Shown: positions 1 to 10,403 of the stretch, piece after piece
Numbering within the stretch: position 1 is the stretch's first letter
Layout: each line of letters begins with the position of its first letter
NCBI GenBank assembly: GCA_010093605.1
Contig: MU004197.1
Span: 496,001 to 560,000, forward strand
From: Lophium mytilinum
Lineage: Eukaryota
DNA: 64,000 nucleotides
Direction of reading: 5' to 3'
Notes under the pieces: model-generated
The model's input: only the letters and a program-made list of their open reading frames with translations
Database searches by the model: none
What the model was told of the DNA's origin: nothing
Position numbers and translations under genes: made by a program

Positions 1-347
1 GCCTACACACCCCAGCTTCAGGGCGCTCGTCCGACATCTTTGGAAGAGTTGCAAGGGATTGGCTAGGTTTGCAGCCGACGAATACAGGACCTTGCCGGTG
101 GATGGGTTCTTGAGGAGGGGAGGTGTAGAGAACCTGGAGCAAAGAGGACTTGACGGCGGGGTTACTTCACATTTTCTTTGGCGCAACCTGGTCTAGTGAA
201 TCAACTATGCCAGGTCAGGTGACATGGCCGAGCTTTGCCGCCAGTGCCCAGCAAAATTCAATCATCGGTTCCTCATCACACCTTTCTCTCTTCTCGACCA
301 ACTTCTTTTTGCCCCCCACGCCCTTGTTTCCTCACTTCTCTGGGGGC

Positions 348-635
348 AGTTGATGACCTTTATAGAGTCAGCTGTTCTCCCTTCTTTGGGAACAGCTGAT
401 GATCTTTACAGAGTCAGCTGTTCTGCTCAGCACTAGTTGCGAAGGGCAGTACGTCGATCTCCTTAACGGTTTCGAACCGGGAGAGGCGTTTCGGGGTTTG
501 TCGATCTCTAAAACGGTAGCGAACCGGAGAGACGCGCTTTGCGTTGATCTCCTCTCGGTGGCTGGACGGAGAGGCCACTCACAGCGACGCAGATCTCCTA
601 ACGCTCAGTCCCTTGGAACGGTCGCAGCCGGAGAG
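348..635 (+). repeat. Array of repeated hairpin modules (2x AGYTGATGA..GAGTCAGCT; 4x GATCTCY..CGGT..CGGAGAG)
   Basis: First module type starts at 348 and 394; second type at 456, 503, 546 and 592 (~45-nt period). Each module is self-complementary. Confidence 0.7.
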
Positions 636-881
636 GCTCTTCTCCTGCCCGGACTTCTTTTCGCTGCCTCGCAAAACGAGTGGTCTGTGGCTATCTCCTC
701 AATAATTGGGTTAACTTCCTTCTTTCTCTGCGCAGCGACAGACGAGGATGCAAGGGCGCCTGAGAGGTCACAGTTCCTCCTTTGCATGGGGCTAAGCTGC
801 CTTCGTTCTTCGAAGTAGCTTTCCCGCGGCATCGCCGTGTCCTTCGAATACTGCCGCTGTGTTCAAGGTTTTTCGCTGACT

Positions 882-989
882 AGGTAAGTCAGGTATGTTG
901 TCCCTCCCCCCCCAGCGCCGAGTTCGCACTTCTTCGCAGTGCTGGGGACCAGTAGCCTTCGGGCAAAGCTAGGACGAACTCATCTTGTA
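882..989 (+). ncRNA. Conserved structured RNA element, copy 1 (tandem 5' splice-site motifs + nested pseudoknot)
   Basis: Near-identical to 6885-6991 and 11213-11320. Pairings 910-916/941-947, 920-926/975-981 and 928-930/938-940, plus a gcc-UUCG-ggc hairpin at 955-964. The cUUCGg tetraloop suggests the + strand. Function is inferred. Confidence 0.6.
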
Positions 990-1314
990 TACAATTCACA
1001 ATCAATCCTCTACGTTCAAATATATCTGCCTCCTTGAGGTGATTTGGTGATGTCGTGATGTTTTTATTACTCGACCAGCGACGCCTGTGTTTCTCAATGC
1101 CCTCTTAACTCTTCGTGCTTCTAATCTCTAATAGCGCCTTACAACTTACATACTCCGAAGCTCATCCGACCATCTCCTCAGCGCAGGCAACAAATACCCC
1201 GCAACCTTTGATACACCACCTGGGTCCACACCTTCTACGCCACGAAAGCATTCTCCATCACTCTACATCCATCTTCGGATTAAGAACGATACCTACACAA
1301 TCCTTCACCCCAAC

Positions 1315-1911
1315 ATGCTTTCCTTCTCCACCGCCTTCTGTGGCGCCTGCGGTCAAACCCACTACGACATCTCCTCAGAGGCCGAGGTGAAGCTCTGGAA
1401 AGATCTGGAAGCTGCCAATGCCTCCGCCGACTCCCGCGCCGTCTCCGCCATCATCGCCATTCTCCGCGATTGTTCCGCGGCCAAAGACTGCCATGCCAAA
1501 CACACTATCCATCATGCGATCAGGCTCGAGGGTGAACGCATGAAGCTAGAGCAAGAGACGTTCGACCTGAAGGTGGAGATCAAGGATCTAAAGAAGGGAA
1601 ACGAGCGCCTCCCCAACGAGCGGTTTGATGGGCGGATGGAAAATCGAGACTTGGGCGGGAAGAAAGAGATGCTGGTTGGCGAGAAGGAGGAGGCGTCTCT
1701 GCCACGGAAACTGGTCTGCCAGGCCTGTTGCGAGAGCTCTGGAACGCGAAACAGCTTGTGTGATGGGAGGTACCCGTGTACCGAGTGTATGGCACAGGGC
1801 TATACGTGCTTCTACAAGAAGTGCTTCAAGACACGCAGCGGTGTTAGATGTAAAAGCTCTACGTGTACAATGTGGCACGGCGAGGAGGGGTATAGACATG
1901 GCGAGTTCTAG
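1315..1911 (+). CDS. Zn2Cys6-like/CCCH zinc-finger coiled-coil family protein (198 aa)
   Basis: N-terminal CGACGQTHY; C-terminal RKLVCQAC..CDGRYPCTEC..CFYKKC..CKSSTCTMWHGEEGY, a pattern shared with paralogs in the window. Confidence 0.8.
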   Translation: MLSFSTAFCGACGQTHYDISSEAEVKLWKDLEAANASADSRAVSAIIAILRDCSAAKDCHAKHTIHHAIRLEGERMKLEQETFDLKVEIKDLKKGNERLPNERFDGRMENRDLGGKKEMLVGEKEEASLPRKLVCQACCESSGTRNSLCDGRYPCTECMAQGYTCFYKKCFKTRSGVRCKSSTCTMWHGEEGYRHGEF

Positions 1912-2510
1912 ACGGGGGTAGGACGTGGTCGTTGGTACGGGGACTATACAAACTGGATGTTGGGTAATTTGCAGCCCCAAACTCTACATAGTTCCGTTCG
2001 TTATTTGGGATACTTCAACATGTCATCGGAACTTGGCAGAGTGCTCAGAACCATGGAGGAAATTGATTCCACAAACAAATGCTACAGCTCTTGGACATAT
2101 TCTGGCTGTGTGAAGACACAAAACCAAACATACGGATTTTGGCCGGTAGCGTGCAGGATCTTTGCTGGGAGGTGCTCGAGAGAGCATGAAGGATTCCTAG
2201 AAAAATACTTTGGTGCTCCGGAGACTTCGAATTGTGTGATGTTCTCCTACTTGCCCGTCAGGTCAATGATGTTCGGGGGTCTGGTGCAGACAAACGTAGA
2301 AAAACTTGTGCAGTGGTGTATCCAGATGCCAAAAGGTATTTAGTGAGTTTGTCTAGTGATATCGGCACCAAGAAAACTTCCTAGTAAGGACGTAGACAAA
2401 CACTAGCACAAAGCATCTCCCCTACCTCTCACCCAGCTGTTTCAGTATCAGCCCAAAATTTCCTACCCACCGACGCATCTGGCCACTCCCACCCCACCTC
2501 CAAATCTACA

Positions 2511-2990
2511 ATGGATATCATCAATACCTGTTTCCCCAAGATGCTCTGCAACGACTGCGGCACCGAGCACTACAACCTGACGGACGAAGAAGAAGACAAC
2601 CTCTGGAACATCACTGACGGTGGCGAACTAACCGCCCAAATCATGACCATCCTCCACGACAACTCAAATCGAAAGCGTTGCCTATTCGATGCCGTTAATC
2701 GCAACGACCCCTCTCTGAAGTACCGCTTGGACAAGAAGGTGGAGACTTTCACGCACTTGGAGAGAACGTTCATTGTGCTTCAGAAAGACCATGTGGATCT
2801 GAAGGCGAGTTTTGACCAGCTGAGGAAAGCTACCATGGAGCGAGTGATAGTGTACGAGAGGAGAACACGAGCTCTATTAGAGGAGAAGAAGGCGTTGGAG
2901 GCGCGGAGTACGCAGCTGGAGTTGGGGATTGCCACGTTCAAGAGTCTTGGGCTAAGCGTGATGAAGGCTAGAGGGCATGGAGACATTTGA
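2511..2990 (+). CDS. Truncated family member: N-terminal CxxCxxxH domain + coiled coil, no C-terminal fingers (159 aa)
   Basis: CNDCGTEHYNL..LW..IMTILHD..KRC aligns with the N-termini of the genes at 1315, 10403, 61664 and 63990. Confidence 0.7.
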   Translation: MDIINTCFPKMLCNDCGTEHYNLTDEEEDNLWNITDGGELTAQIMTILHDNSNRKRCLFDAVNRNDPSLKYRLDKKVETFTHLERTFIVLQKDHVDLKASFDQLRKATMERVIVYERRTRALLEEKKALEARSTQLELGIATFKSLGLSVMKARGHGDI

Positions 2991-3221
2991 TGATTTATAA
3001 GTCGACGCGAAGCAGCGAAGACCCAGCATAGGGGAGATTAGACTAACTTTTGACGAAGCTGCCACATGATAACTGTGGCCCTCTTTACAGTGGCATGGGT
3101 TCAACAAGACTAAAGCCGGAGCAGTGAGATATCTACGTGCCCGGGTTTGCGACCCATGAATATCCACCATCCTCACCCAGGCCAATACCGCAAAGACCAT
3201 CCTCATCAAGCTATACATAGG

Positions 3222-4040
3222 CTACGTCTTTGTCTTGATAGCGCCCTCGCTCTGGCCAATCTCCCGTGCGATATCAGCGTCATAGCCATATCCCAATTCA
3301 TCGTGAATCGCACTGCAGTTCTTCGTCCGGCAAGCTGCTCCCTTCTTCCCCTTCTCGCCGTTCTTGTATCGTCTGCATCGACCATATTTGCAACCCTCGA
3401 CAAGCTTGTCGACAGTGCAGTGTGCACAAGGAAGTTGTCCGTCGCAGGCTCTGCGCTGGCGGTAACAAGCCACGCAAATGAGCTTACGGGATAGAGCCTG
3501 GGCGAGCATTTCGGAAGGTGTGGGGACTTTTGGACGAGACGCTGCTGCGTCTGCTGGAGCAGTAGCGGATCGAAGCGCTATCAGCTCATCGACGACAGTC
3601 TTGTAGTCATGCCGGAGGTCCGCGTAGAGGGGACGAAGTCTGTAGAGCTCCGCTTGATCCTGCTCATGTGCGAAAGTGACGATTCTGGCGTTCTCCTTGC
3701 TATCTCTGAGCCTGCGGGATAGGTCTTGGGATAGCATTTTGTAAGGCGTAGGGGCATGTGGATAAGGAGTTGCTGCGTTTGTTGGAGCAGCAGCGGGTCG
3801 AAGCTCTGTCGCCTCTTCGGCGACAGCCTTGTAGTCTTGCCGGAGGACCTCATAGAGGGGTCGAAGTCTGTCGAGCTCTGCTTGAGTCTGCTCGTGGGCG
3901 AGAGCGGTGTTTCTGGCGTTCTCCTCGCTGTCTCTGAGCCTGTCTTCAGTGTCTTTGAGCTTCTTACGCACTTCTTGTATTTTCTTGTTCGTTCTGTTGC
4001 AGGTGGAGCACTTCTTGCCGTCACAGTCCTGATCTGGCAT
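3222..4040 (-). CDS. Zn2Cys6-like/CCCH family protein with a 76-aa internal duplication
   Basis: First ATG at 4040 (MPDQDC). C-terminal RKLICVACYRQRRACDGQLPCAHC..CKYGRC..CRTKNCSAIHDELGYG. 228-bp tandem repeat at 3486-3941. Confidence 0.8.
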   Translation of the reverse strand: MPDQDCDGKKCSTCNRTNKKIQEVRKKLKDTEDRLRDSEENARNTALAHEQTQAELDRLRPLYEVLRQDYKAVAEEATELRPAAAPTNAATPYPHAPTPYKMLSQDLSRRLRDSKENARIVTFAHEQDQAELYRLRPLYADLRHDYKTVVDELIALRSATAPADAAASRPKVPTPSEMLAQALSRKLICVACYRQRRACDGQLPCAHCTVDKLVEGCKYGRCRRYKNGEKGKKGAACRTKNCSAIHDELGYGYDADIAREIGQSEGAIKTKT

Positions 4041-4451
4041 CTTGGCGACTTGTTGTGTTTGGTGCTTGGTGCTTGTTTGGGGTGGTGGAGAGGAAGGTCG
4101 AACAGCCAAAGAACTCTAGAAATCTGGGAGGGCTAATCGTACACCTCCACCCCTGTTATTTCACCACCTTCTAATTGGTTCAGAGGCTCGGCAGGATGCC
4201 TTCTAATATTCACTTTTACGTATATCGATCTGTTCGTGCATCTCTTCTGTATATAAGGTCATGCATGAAACCGTACAGCTGTATATACAGCCATTCCGCT
4301 TTATCGGCATCCTTCTCATCACATTTCGCCGTACATATGTACGTAGGGAAGCAATTACGCTATGTGTTACATTGCTATCATCGTGCCTACGTCATTATGT
4401 CTAGAAGCATCCCACATGTCTTAAAACCTTAACATACCATTGAAGATCGCC

Positions 4452-4622
4452 TCAAGCCATGCACAATTCCATCTCCAGAACATCATCATCACCATCATTC
4501 TTGTTCTTAGGTCTTGCTTGTGGGAATACAGTACGTCCACCGCTGCCCAGGAAGTTCCCTCCCACTCGACTCGGAATATCGTGAGCCGCCTCCCGCAGGA
4601 TGTCATCGTTGAAGCCACACCA
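4452..4622 (-). pseudogene. 3' fragment of a family gene paralogous to 8292-9215
   Basis: CGFNDDILREAAHDIPSRVGGNFL..MELCMA versus CGFDDDILREAAHKISSRVGGNFL..MELCLA; the upstream part is missing. Confidence 0.75.
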
Positions 4623-4623
4623 T

Positions 4624-4866
4624 AAATGCAAGAGCATACACGATGAGATGAGATATGGTTACGATGGTGGTATTCGGCGTCAGGCAGGACACCAGACTTC
4701 ACCTCCAGGCGGACATCACCCTATGCATGAACTTCGTGGGCCCCGGCGTCAGAAGGAGCGCGTCCTTCCCCCGATCACTGGAAAGAAATGGCCGTGGGAG
4801 GAAGGGCGCAAGGAGGCGGATGAGGAGCTTGAAGTGGAGACTGAGATGGAGTTGTGCTTAGTTTGA
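4624..4866 (+). pseudogene. 3' fragment of another family gene
   Basis: KCKSIHDEMRYGYDGGIRRQA..MELCLV matches the family CxxxHxExGYG tail and the MELCLx end. Confidence 0.65.
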
Positions 4867-6462
4867 TGTGGAATTGTTAGTGTTGACAGGCTCGAAGTGA
4901 AGCCTCGGATGGAGCTGTGTGAGTGTCTGGCTTGGTGTAGGGCTAATCGAGTTTACGGGCTTGGATGAGTGCTATGGCGATGGATTGACATCTCGATGTG
5001 GCCGTCTTACAGCGGTCCTGAGCTGCTACATGTGCCATACTAAGCCTCTCTGAGCTTTCTGACCATTAACGAACGCAAAATGTCAAGGCTCAGAGCCTGC
5101 GAATTAGACCTTCTTATCAATGTGACTCGAGTGCTTGATATATGGTATGTGGGCAGTGATCTTGCGGGTGTGTGTGTCACGCTAAGACTCTCTCAGCCTA
5201 TTGAATATAGCGGGTCTTAAATTGTATACCCCGGACTCCATCAGTTAGCACTATGTACTATTTCTGTTAAGTTCTTGATCTGTGGCGAGTGGATTGCGGC
5301 GGTGAGGATACGTGAAGTCTGGGACTTGCAAATGTGACCCATAGTAGGCTATCTCTTCAGGCACAATATATATATACTGAACAAATCCCCGCATCTCTGA
5401 GTAGGAAGGCGAGTTCGCGTGAAGCGTCGAGGGGCACGCACAAGTCACGTACTCGCCAAATCTGGTAGCGATGGTGATATGAGGTCCGGACTGCGCGGCA
5501 GATAAGCAAGTGAGAATCCCACTACCTCACCATAAGCCTTTCGTGATCCTGATCACCCAGTCCTAGTGGAGAATAGGTTACCTTTTGACTGTTTGATCAT
5601 CTGCTATCCAGGCTACTCCTGACAGTGTTACTAAGTAAGCACGGCGAATCCTCAGCATTGGTGTATCCGATTCCGTAAGGTAGTCGAGTGGTCAAAGGGT
5701 GTTCTGCCTTCCACTGTGCCAACTTTGACCTCGCGTGCTAGTTTCCCAAAGCCTCTGAAGGCGCCTCAAGTAGCGGTAATTGAATACGTTGAGTCCATTT
5801 TCGTTAGTGCTGAGAGCCGGCCGCTTCTATACGGGATCTGTTCAAAGCCCGATATCCCTGATCGTAAGGTTATGCAGTTGGATCCCCGAGTGTCCAGCCT
5901 TGCTCACCCAACACCGCTGTGAGGAGTCACCCGCACACCACGTAGCCTACTAGCCAAAGCGTAGTCCAACTTCTACTGTGTCAACTTGAACATCGCGTTC
6001 GGGGTTTCAAAAGGGTTTGAAGGCGCCAATAGCATCGGAATAGATATGGGAGATTAGGTTGTTAAGTCTATCAAATCTCTGTATATATGTGATGCTGAAT
6101 TTTATACGCAAACGTACTTCCAAGGCGGGCGTGCTTAGGTTATGTCCGCTTGCCCATCACCGCTTGAGGTCCTTTAACCCACTGTTGCAAATTGAAACTT
6201 AACAGCTTTAGCAAACTTGATATCTCTCTGAGCCACTCCAAATGGCACCACTTCAAGTTCCGGTTGCTGCAGCCCGTGATCTGCCCAGTGTAAACGTGCT
6301 TTGCACCCAAGTCACATGGGGGCTGATTTAGCGTCTTGGCGTGAATACAAAACCTCGCCAGGTCGCCCTCGCAGAACTTTCTTTCCTTCCTCACCCACCT
6401 TCATTTTCCTTTTCGCACATGCCGCCATCAGTGCTCTGTTCTTCCTCTTCTCTCGGTTCCTT

Positions 6463-6608
6463 GGAAAGGTTGAGAATCGCAAACTGCGGGTCAGCTGGAC
6501 CTTGACAACTTGGACTTTGTTGTTTGGAAAGGCTGAGAATCGCAAGGCGAATTAGCTGGACCAGGAAAGGCTGTGCGAGAGTTGCGAGTGCGCGTCCGCA
6601 GCTGGACC
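6463..6608 (+). repeat. Three repeated hairpin modules GGAAAGGYTG..GAGA..GC..AGCTGGACC
   Basis: Copies at 6463-6501, 6526-6562 and 6564-6608, each closed by a GGYUG/YAGCU stem. Confidence 0.65.
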
Positions 6609-6884
6609 ACCTGGGAATGTTGTGAGGGCTAGGATCGTCAAACGCATTACGGGGGGGCCTTAAACAGGCCGAACGGCGAGGCGGTCTTGGTCTGATCGTC
6701 ACTACTGGGACCGCGTACGGAGAACAGCAGATGATATCAATGCAGGCGCTCGGTTTCTTCTTCTGCTGGCCGCAGCGACGAGGATTCAAGGCCCGGTAGT
6801 CGCTGTACCTCCGTCCGCAAGGGAAAGTGTGCATTAACCACGCAGCTTTTTAGGTGGCATGTGTCTTCGATCTGGCGGCATCTA

Positions 6885-6991
6885 AGGTAAGTCAGGTATG
6901 TTGTCCCTTCCCCCCAGCGCCGAGTTCGCACTTCTTCGCAGTGCTGGGGACCAGTAGCCTTCGGGCCAAGCTAGGACGAACTCATCTTGTA
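6885..6991 (+). ncRNA. Conserved structured RNA element, copy 2
   Basis: Differs from copy 1 only in the C-tract (one substitution, one indel) and by one A>C next to the UUCG hairpin. All proposed pseudoknot stems are intact. Confidence 0.6.
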
Positions 6992-7445
6992 CATAAGTCA
7001 TAGTCAATCCTTCACCTTCAAATTTACCTGTCTTCTTGATGTGACCTTGGTGATGTTATGACTTCCTGGTCTAATTGCAGAAGAGGCAGACTCTTGGGGC
7101 GTATCGCTGTGTTATATCGGGCATTTTTTGGTTGACTGGCTCAGCGTCAGTCTAGCTTTGACAGCAAACTGCAGAATCATGAAGGAATTTGAAGCATACT
7201 TGAGTTTCGGTGGACGGCTTGGCATATAGTGAATATAACAGGTCATATAAGCGTCAGGTCCATATATCTTCGGTAGACTATTCGAACCGCACCCTTCAAG
7301 GTCACTTGACCATTCTTCCGCCGTGCACCCACAACTTCTCCACCGCAATCTTACTCTTAAATCTCAGTGCCTGCCTCTCCCCACCCACACTCTCTACACA
7401 GGCCATTCCCAGCCCCAACCAGCGCGGCCTTCCTCATCGGACATT

Positions 7446-7920
7446 ATGAGCGACACCAGTCATCAGTCGACCCCGGAGACGGCTCAAGAAACTCTCCGTC
7501 GTGTCATGAAAAACGCTCAGCAACTCATGGACGAGAGGGAGCAGGCAAAGAAAGATGGCGAAGCAAGTGCTCACTTCTCAAGCTCAATCGACTATCCATA
7601 TTGACGTTAGATATCCAGAAAGAACTGGAACACGTATTCAATGAGCGCGGAGCGCCATTAGAACCTGTGCTAGCGAACCTGGCTCAGCAAGTAAGACTTT
7701 CATTTCATTCTCGTATATTGATACACATGTGCTGACCATTTCATTATAGCAGGCTATCAACCGCGAGATTGCTGAAGCAATCCCTAAGCTCCGGAGCGCG
7801 ATAGCTGCTGTAAACGAGGAGAGTAGGAGACTTCGGCTTGGGATTTCGATCATCCTTGTCAAGGCAGCCCTTCTGCAGATTGAGGTGGACAGGATTCGGG
7901 TGAACGATGAGAGGGATTAG
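7446..7920 (+). CDS. Small helical/coiled-coil hypothetical protein, about 3 exons
   Basis: ATG at 7446 after a CT-rich leader. Probable GC-AG intron (~7563-7618) and a GTAAGA..CTGAC..TAG intron (~7691-7749). A degenerate paralog lies at ~11680-12060. Confidence 0.5.
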
Positions 7921-8291
7921 TCGGGGAAGGAGAGATTCCGATCAGAGGAGACAAGTCGATCAGCGGAACTAAGATCAAGTGACCATGCTATTCAGAGGCC
8001 TTGTGTAAACGTTGCAGGTAGAGATGGCAAAGACGCGCGCGCGACCATAATCGCGTATCGAGCGTTGACATCTTAGAGCTCTGGTCACTGGAGAAATCAA
8101 TGGTGGTGATGGGGACTTGCTTGCACATGCATGTGTTCTAGTGCTAGGTATAAGGCCAACAAGAGCATATTAGAACCAATGTCTTGCAGTTGTCTGAGTG
8201 AGATCGGTCCGTCAACAAGCTCGACAAGAGACAAATCCTTTTGCTATACCACTCTTACAAATCTATCGAACTCATATCCTCAGATGTCTCT

Positions 8292-9215
8292 TCAAGCCAG
8301 ACACAACTCCATCTCCATATCGTCATAATCGTCCATATCCTTAGGTCCTGCTCGCGGAGATACAGTGCGCGCACCCCTCTCTAGGAAGTTACCTCCCACA
8401 CGACTCGAAATCTTATGAGCCGCCTCCCGCAGGATGTCATCATCGAAGCCACATCCCATCTCGTTGTGGATAATGAAGCACTTCATCCTCTGGCATGTAC
8501 GTCCCTTCCTGTTCTTGTAATAGTGGCACCGCTTGTACTCGCAGTCCCTGCCGGTGCTGGTGCAGTTCTCACAGGGAAACTGTCCGTCGCATACGTCGTG
8601 GTGGTTCCAGCAGAGTTTGGACACAAGTTTGCGAGCCGCGGCTAGGGAGGCCACGTTGTTTGAGGCTGAGTGTGCTGCGCTGCGGCAGGCTGGAAGCGGA
8701 AGAGCATAGCGAGGAGCTGAAGGGTCAGTGAGAGCCATGGAGAAAGTTCCAGTCTGGGCAACGGGAGCCTGTGAGAGTTTTTGGGGGTCAGCAGGACGCA
8801 GAGGAAGGCAGATAGTGGAGGAGGTGGTGAGAATGGCTGTGGCTCTCAATTTGGACAGTTCACTCTTCAATCTGGAGACCTCATCTTCCAATTTTGAGAT
8901 ACGGTCTGTCTTTTTCGAGTCTTCGGCGAGGAGGGTATTGTAGTTCTGGCGGACGCTTTCGAACAGTGCTCTAAGCTGTTTCTTCTCTCTCTCGCAATGT
9001 TCCAGCATGGCGCTGCTCTTATCGGCCTGCTGCTTGTGCTTACTGGCGTAGTTTCGGAGGGCCGACACCCTACGGTTTGGCTTCGTGGCACAGGTAAGGT
9101 CGGTGTGTGTCTTGTCAAGAGCGACGTGTGGCTTTGCGGAATTGACCATCTCTTTGACGAAACTGTTCATCTCTTCCGGATCTCTGCCTGCCACTTCGTG
9201 GTTGCCGTGCGACAT
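8292..9215 (-). CDS. Zn2Cys6-like/CCCH family protein (307 aa; first cluster Cys replaced by Ser)
   Basis: Coiled coil followed by RKLVSKLCWNHHDVCDGQFPCENC..CEYKRCHYY..CQRMKCFIIHNEMGCG. Confidence 0.8.
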   Translation of the reverse strand: MSHGNHEVAGRDPEEMNSFVKEMVNSAKPHVALDKTHTDLTCATKPNRRVSALRNYASKHKQQADKSSAMLEHCEREKKQLRALFESVRQNYNTLLAEDSKKTDRISKLEDEVSRLKSELSKLRATAILTTSSTICLPLRPADPQKLSQAPVAQTGTFSMALTDPSAPRYALPLPACRSAAHSASNNVASLAAARKLVSKLCWNHHDVCDGQFPCENCTSTGRDCEYKRCHYYKNRKGRTCQRMKCFIIHNEMGCGFDDDILREAAHKISSRVGGNFLERGARTVSPRAGPKDMDDYDDMEMELCLA

Positions 9216-9489
9216 GTTAGCAAAGATAGAGAAAAATGCTGGTGGATGGATGGTGCGCGGTTTGCACCTGCTATTGTGGTCTTCGGGTTAGGAGGAGTAT
9301 CGTATGGTCACCGGGAACAATAATGAGTGGTAAGGTAGTAGTTAGGTGCTATTCACCTTCTCTCTGGGGATGCACATGATCCAATGCTGAGTACCATGCA
9401 AAAGCTCCCCTCAGCTATCACATCTAGTCCATTGTTCCTGCCCGCTTCTTCCTCCCTTCTACCTTGTTCGCCTCTTCCTGCTGCTTCGC

Positions 9490-10403
9490 CTAGCTCTTCT
9501 TTTCTGCGTCTTCGCGGATGGCGTCGTCGAAACCATATCCGCGCTCTTCGTGTACGTTGTTGCAGTTGCTGCTCACACAACCGTTTGGCTTGCGGCCGAG
9601 CATTTGCTCCCTATAGCGACGGCAGCGGCGAAATTTACACTTCATCTTCGACTTGCTGCATTCAGAGCAGTTGGCTTCGCCATCGCAGTCTTTGTTGAGA
9701 GTGTAGCAAGGCGTGCACACAAGCTTGCGACCTGCAGTGACGGCGGAGCGCAATGCAAGCGGCTGCGAGAACGGGGTGCGCATGATTGCCTGGCTTCGAA
9801 CGTGTTCTCGGAGAACTGTCAACTCGGCGGACATGTCCTCGCGGACTCGAACAAGACGCGCTTCTGAGATGTGCTAGACACAAAGTCGTTAGCTGTGAGA
9901 TTAGAAGGACAGTTTTGAAAGTGTAAGCTTACCGCTTTCTCTGCTGCAACTCGATGAATGGTAACTTCTCTCTCCGCGGTGTCCAGCTTCGACTGTAGGT
10001 AGGCTATCTGTGCCTCGAGTGTAGCTCTCATACGAGCCTCCTCTGCCTGCATCTGTGCCTTTTCGGCCGCCTTCTCCAGCTGTACCGCCGAGAGCTTCTG
10101 CTGTAAGATGCTGATCTCCTCCTCTAAGATCTCCTCTACGCCTTCCAATGCCTCAGATAGGCATTCGTCCTTCTCTTCCCAGCGCTTGATTTCATTGGCC
10201 TGAAAGTCGATTTGACGGGCCGCAATGGCTTGCTCGCAGTTCTTCGCCAGTGTGAGATCCCGGAGGACGAGAAGGATCTCCTGTCGCTCTGACGGCTCGA
10301 GATTGTTGGTGCCAAGGAGGGAGTGCAGTCGTAGCTGTTCATTCACTTCTACGAGGTAGTGCATGCCGTTGCACGCAACGCAATGGGAAGTAGGGTACAA
10401 CAT
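9490..10403 (-). CDS. Zn2Cys6-like/CCCH family protein, one intron (9874-9932)
   Basis: The two ORFs join in frame through a 59-nt GTAAGC..CTAAC..TAG intron. N-terminal CVACNGMHY; C-terminal RKLVCTPC..CDGEANCSEC..CKFRRC..CVSSNCNNVHEERGYG. Confidence 0.85.

Noticed and set aside
396..420. CTGATGA as a hammerhead ribozyme core or snoRNA box C
   Set aside because: The following stem is not followed by GAAA (it reads GTCA), and I found no convincing box D with a terminal stem.
348..635. Repeat-spacer pattern as a CRISPR array
   Set aside because: Eukaryotic context, degenerate repeats, and no cas genes.
399..818. ORFs overlapping the three non-coding units (also 6391-6834, 10650-11213, 10837-11286)
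   Set aside because: No frame or peptide is conserved among the homologous units, and no recognisable domains are present.
882..900. Minus-strand ACTTACCT as the 5' end of a U1 snRNA
   Set aside because: It is just the complement of the donor motif; no U1 stem-loops or Sm site follow.
1957..2343. 128-aa ORF between family genes
   Set aside because: No motif and no paralog; lies in the probable 3' UTR/intergenic region.
5717..6050. Degenerate ~70-bp direct repeat (CAACTT..TCGCGT..TGAAGGCGCC) at ~5717 and ~5980
   Set aside because: Only two diverged copies, with no structure or element boundaries to support a function.
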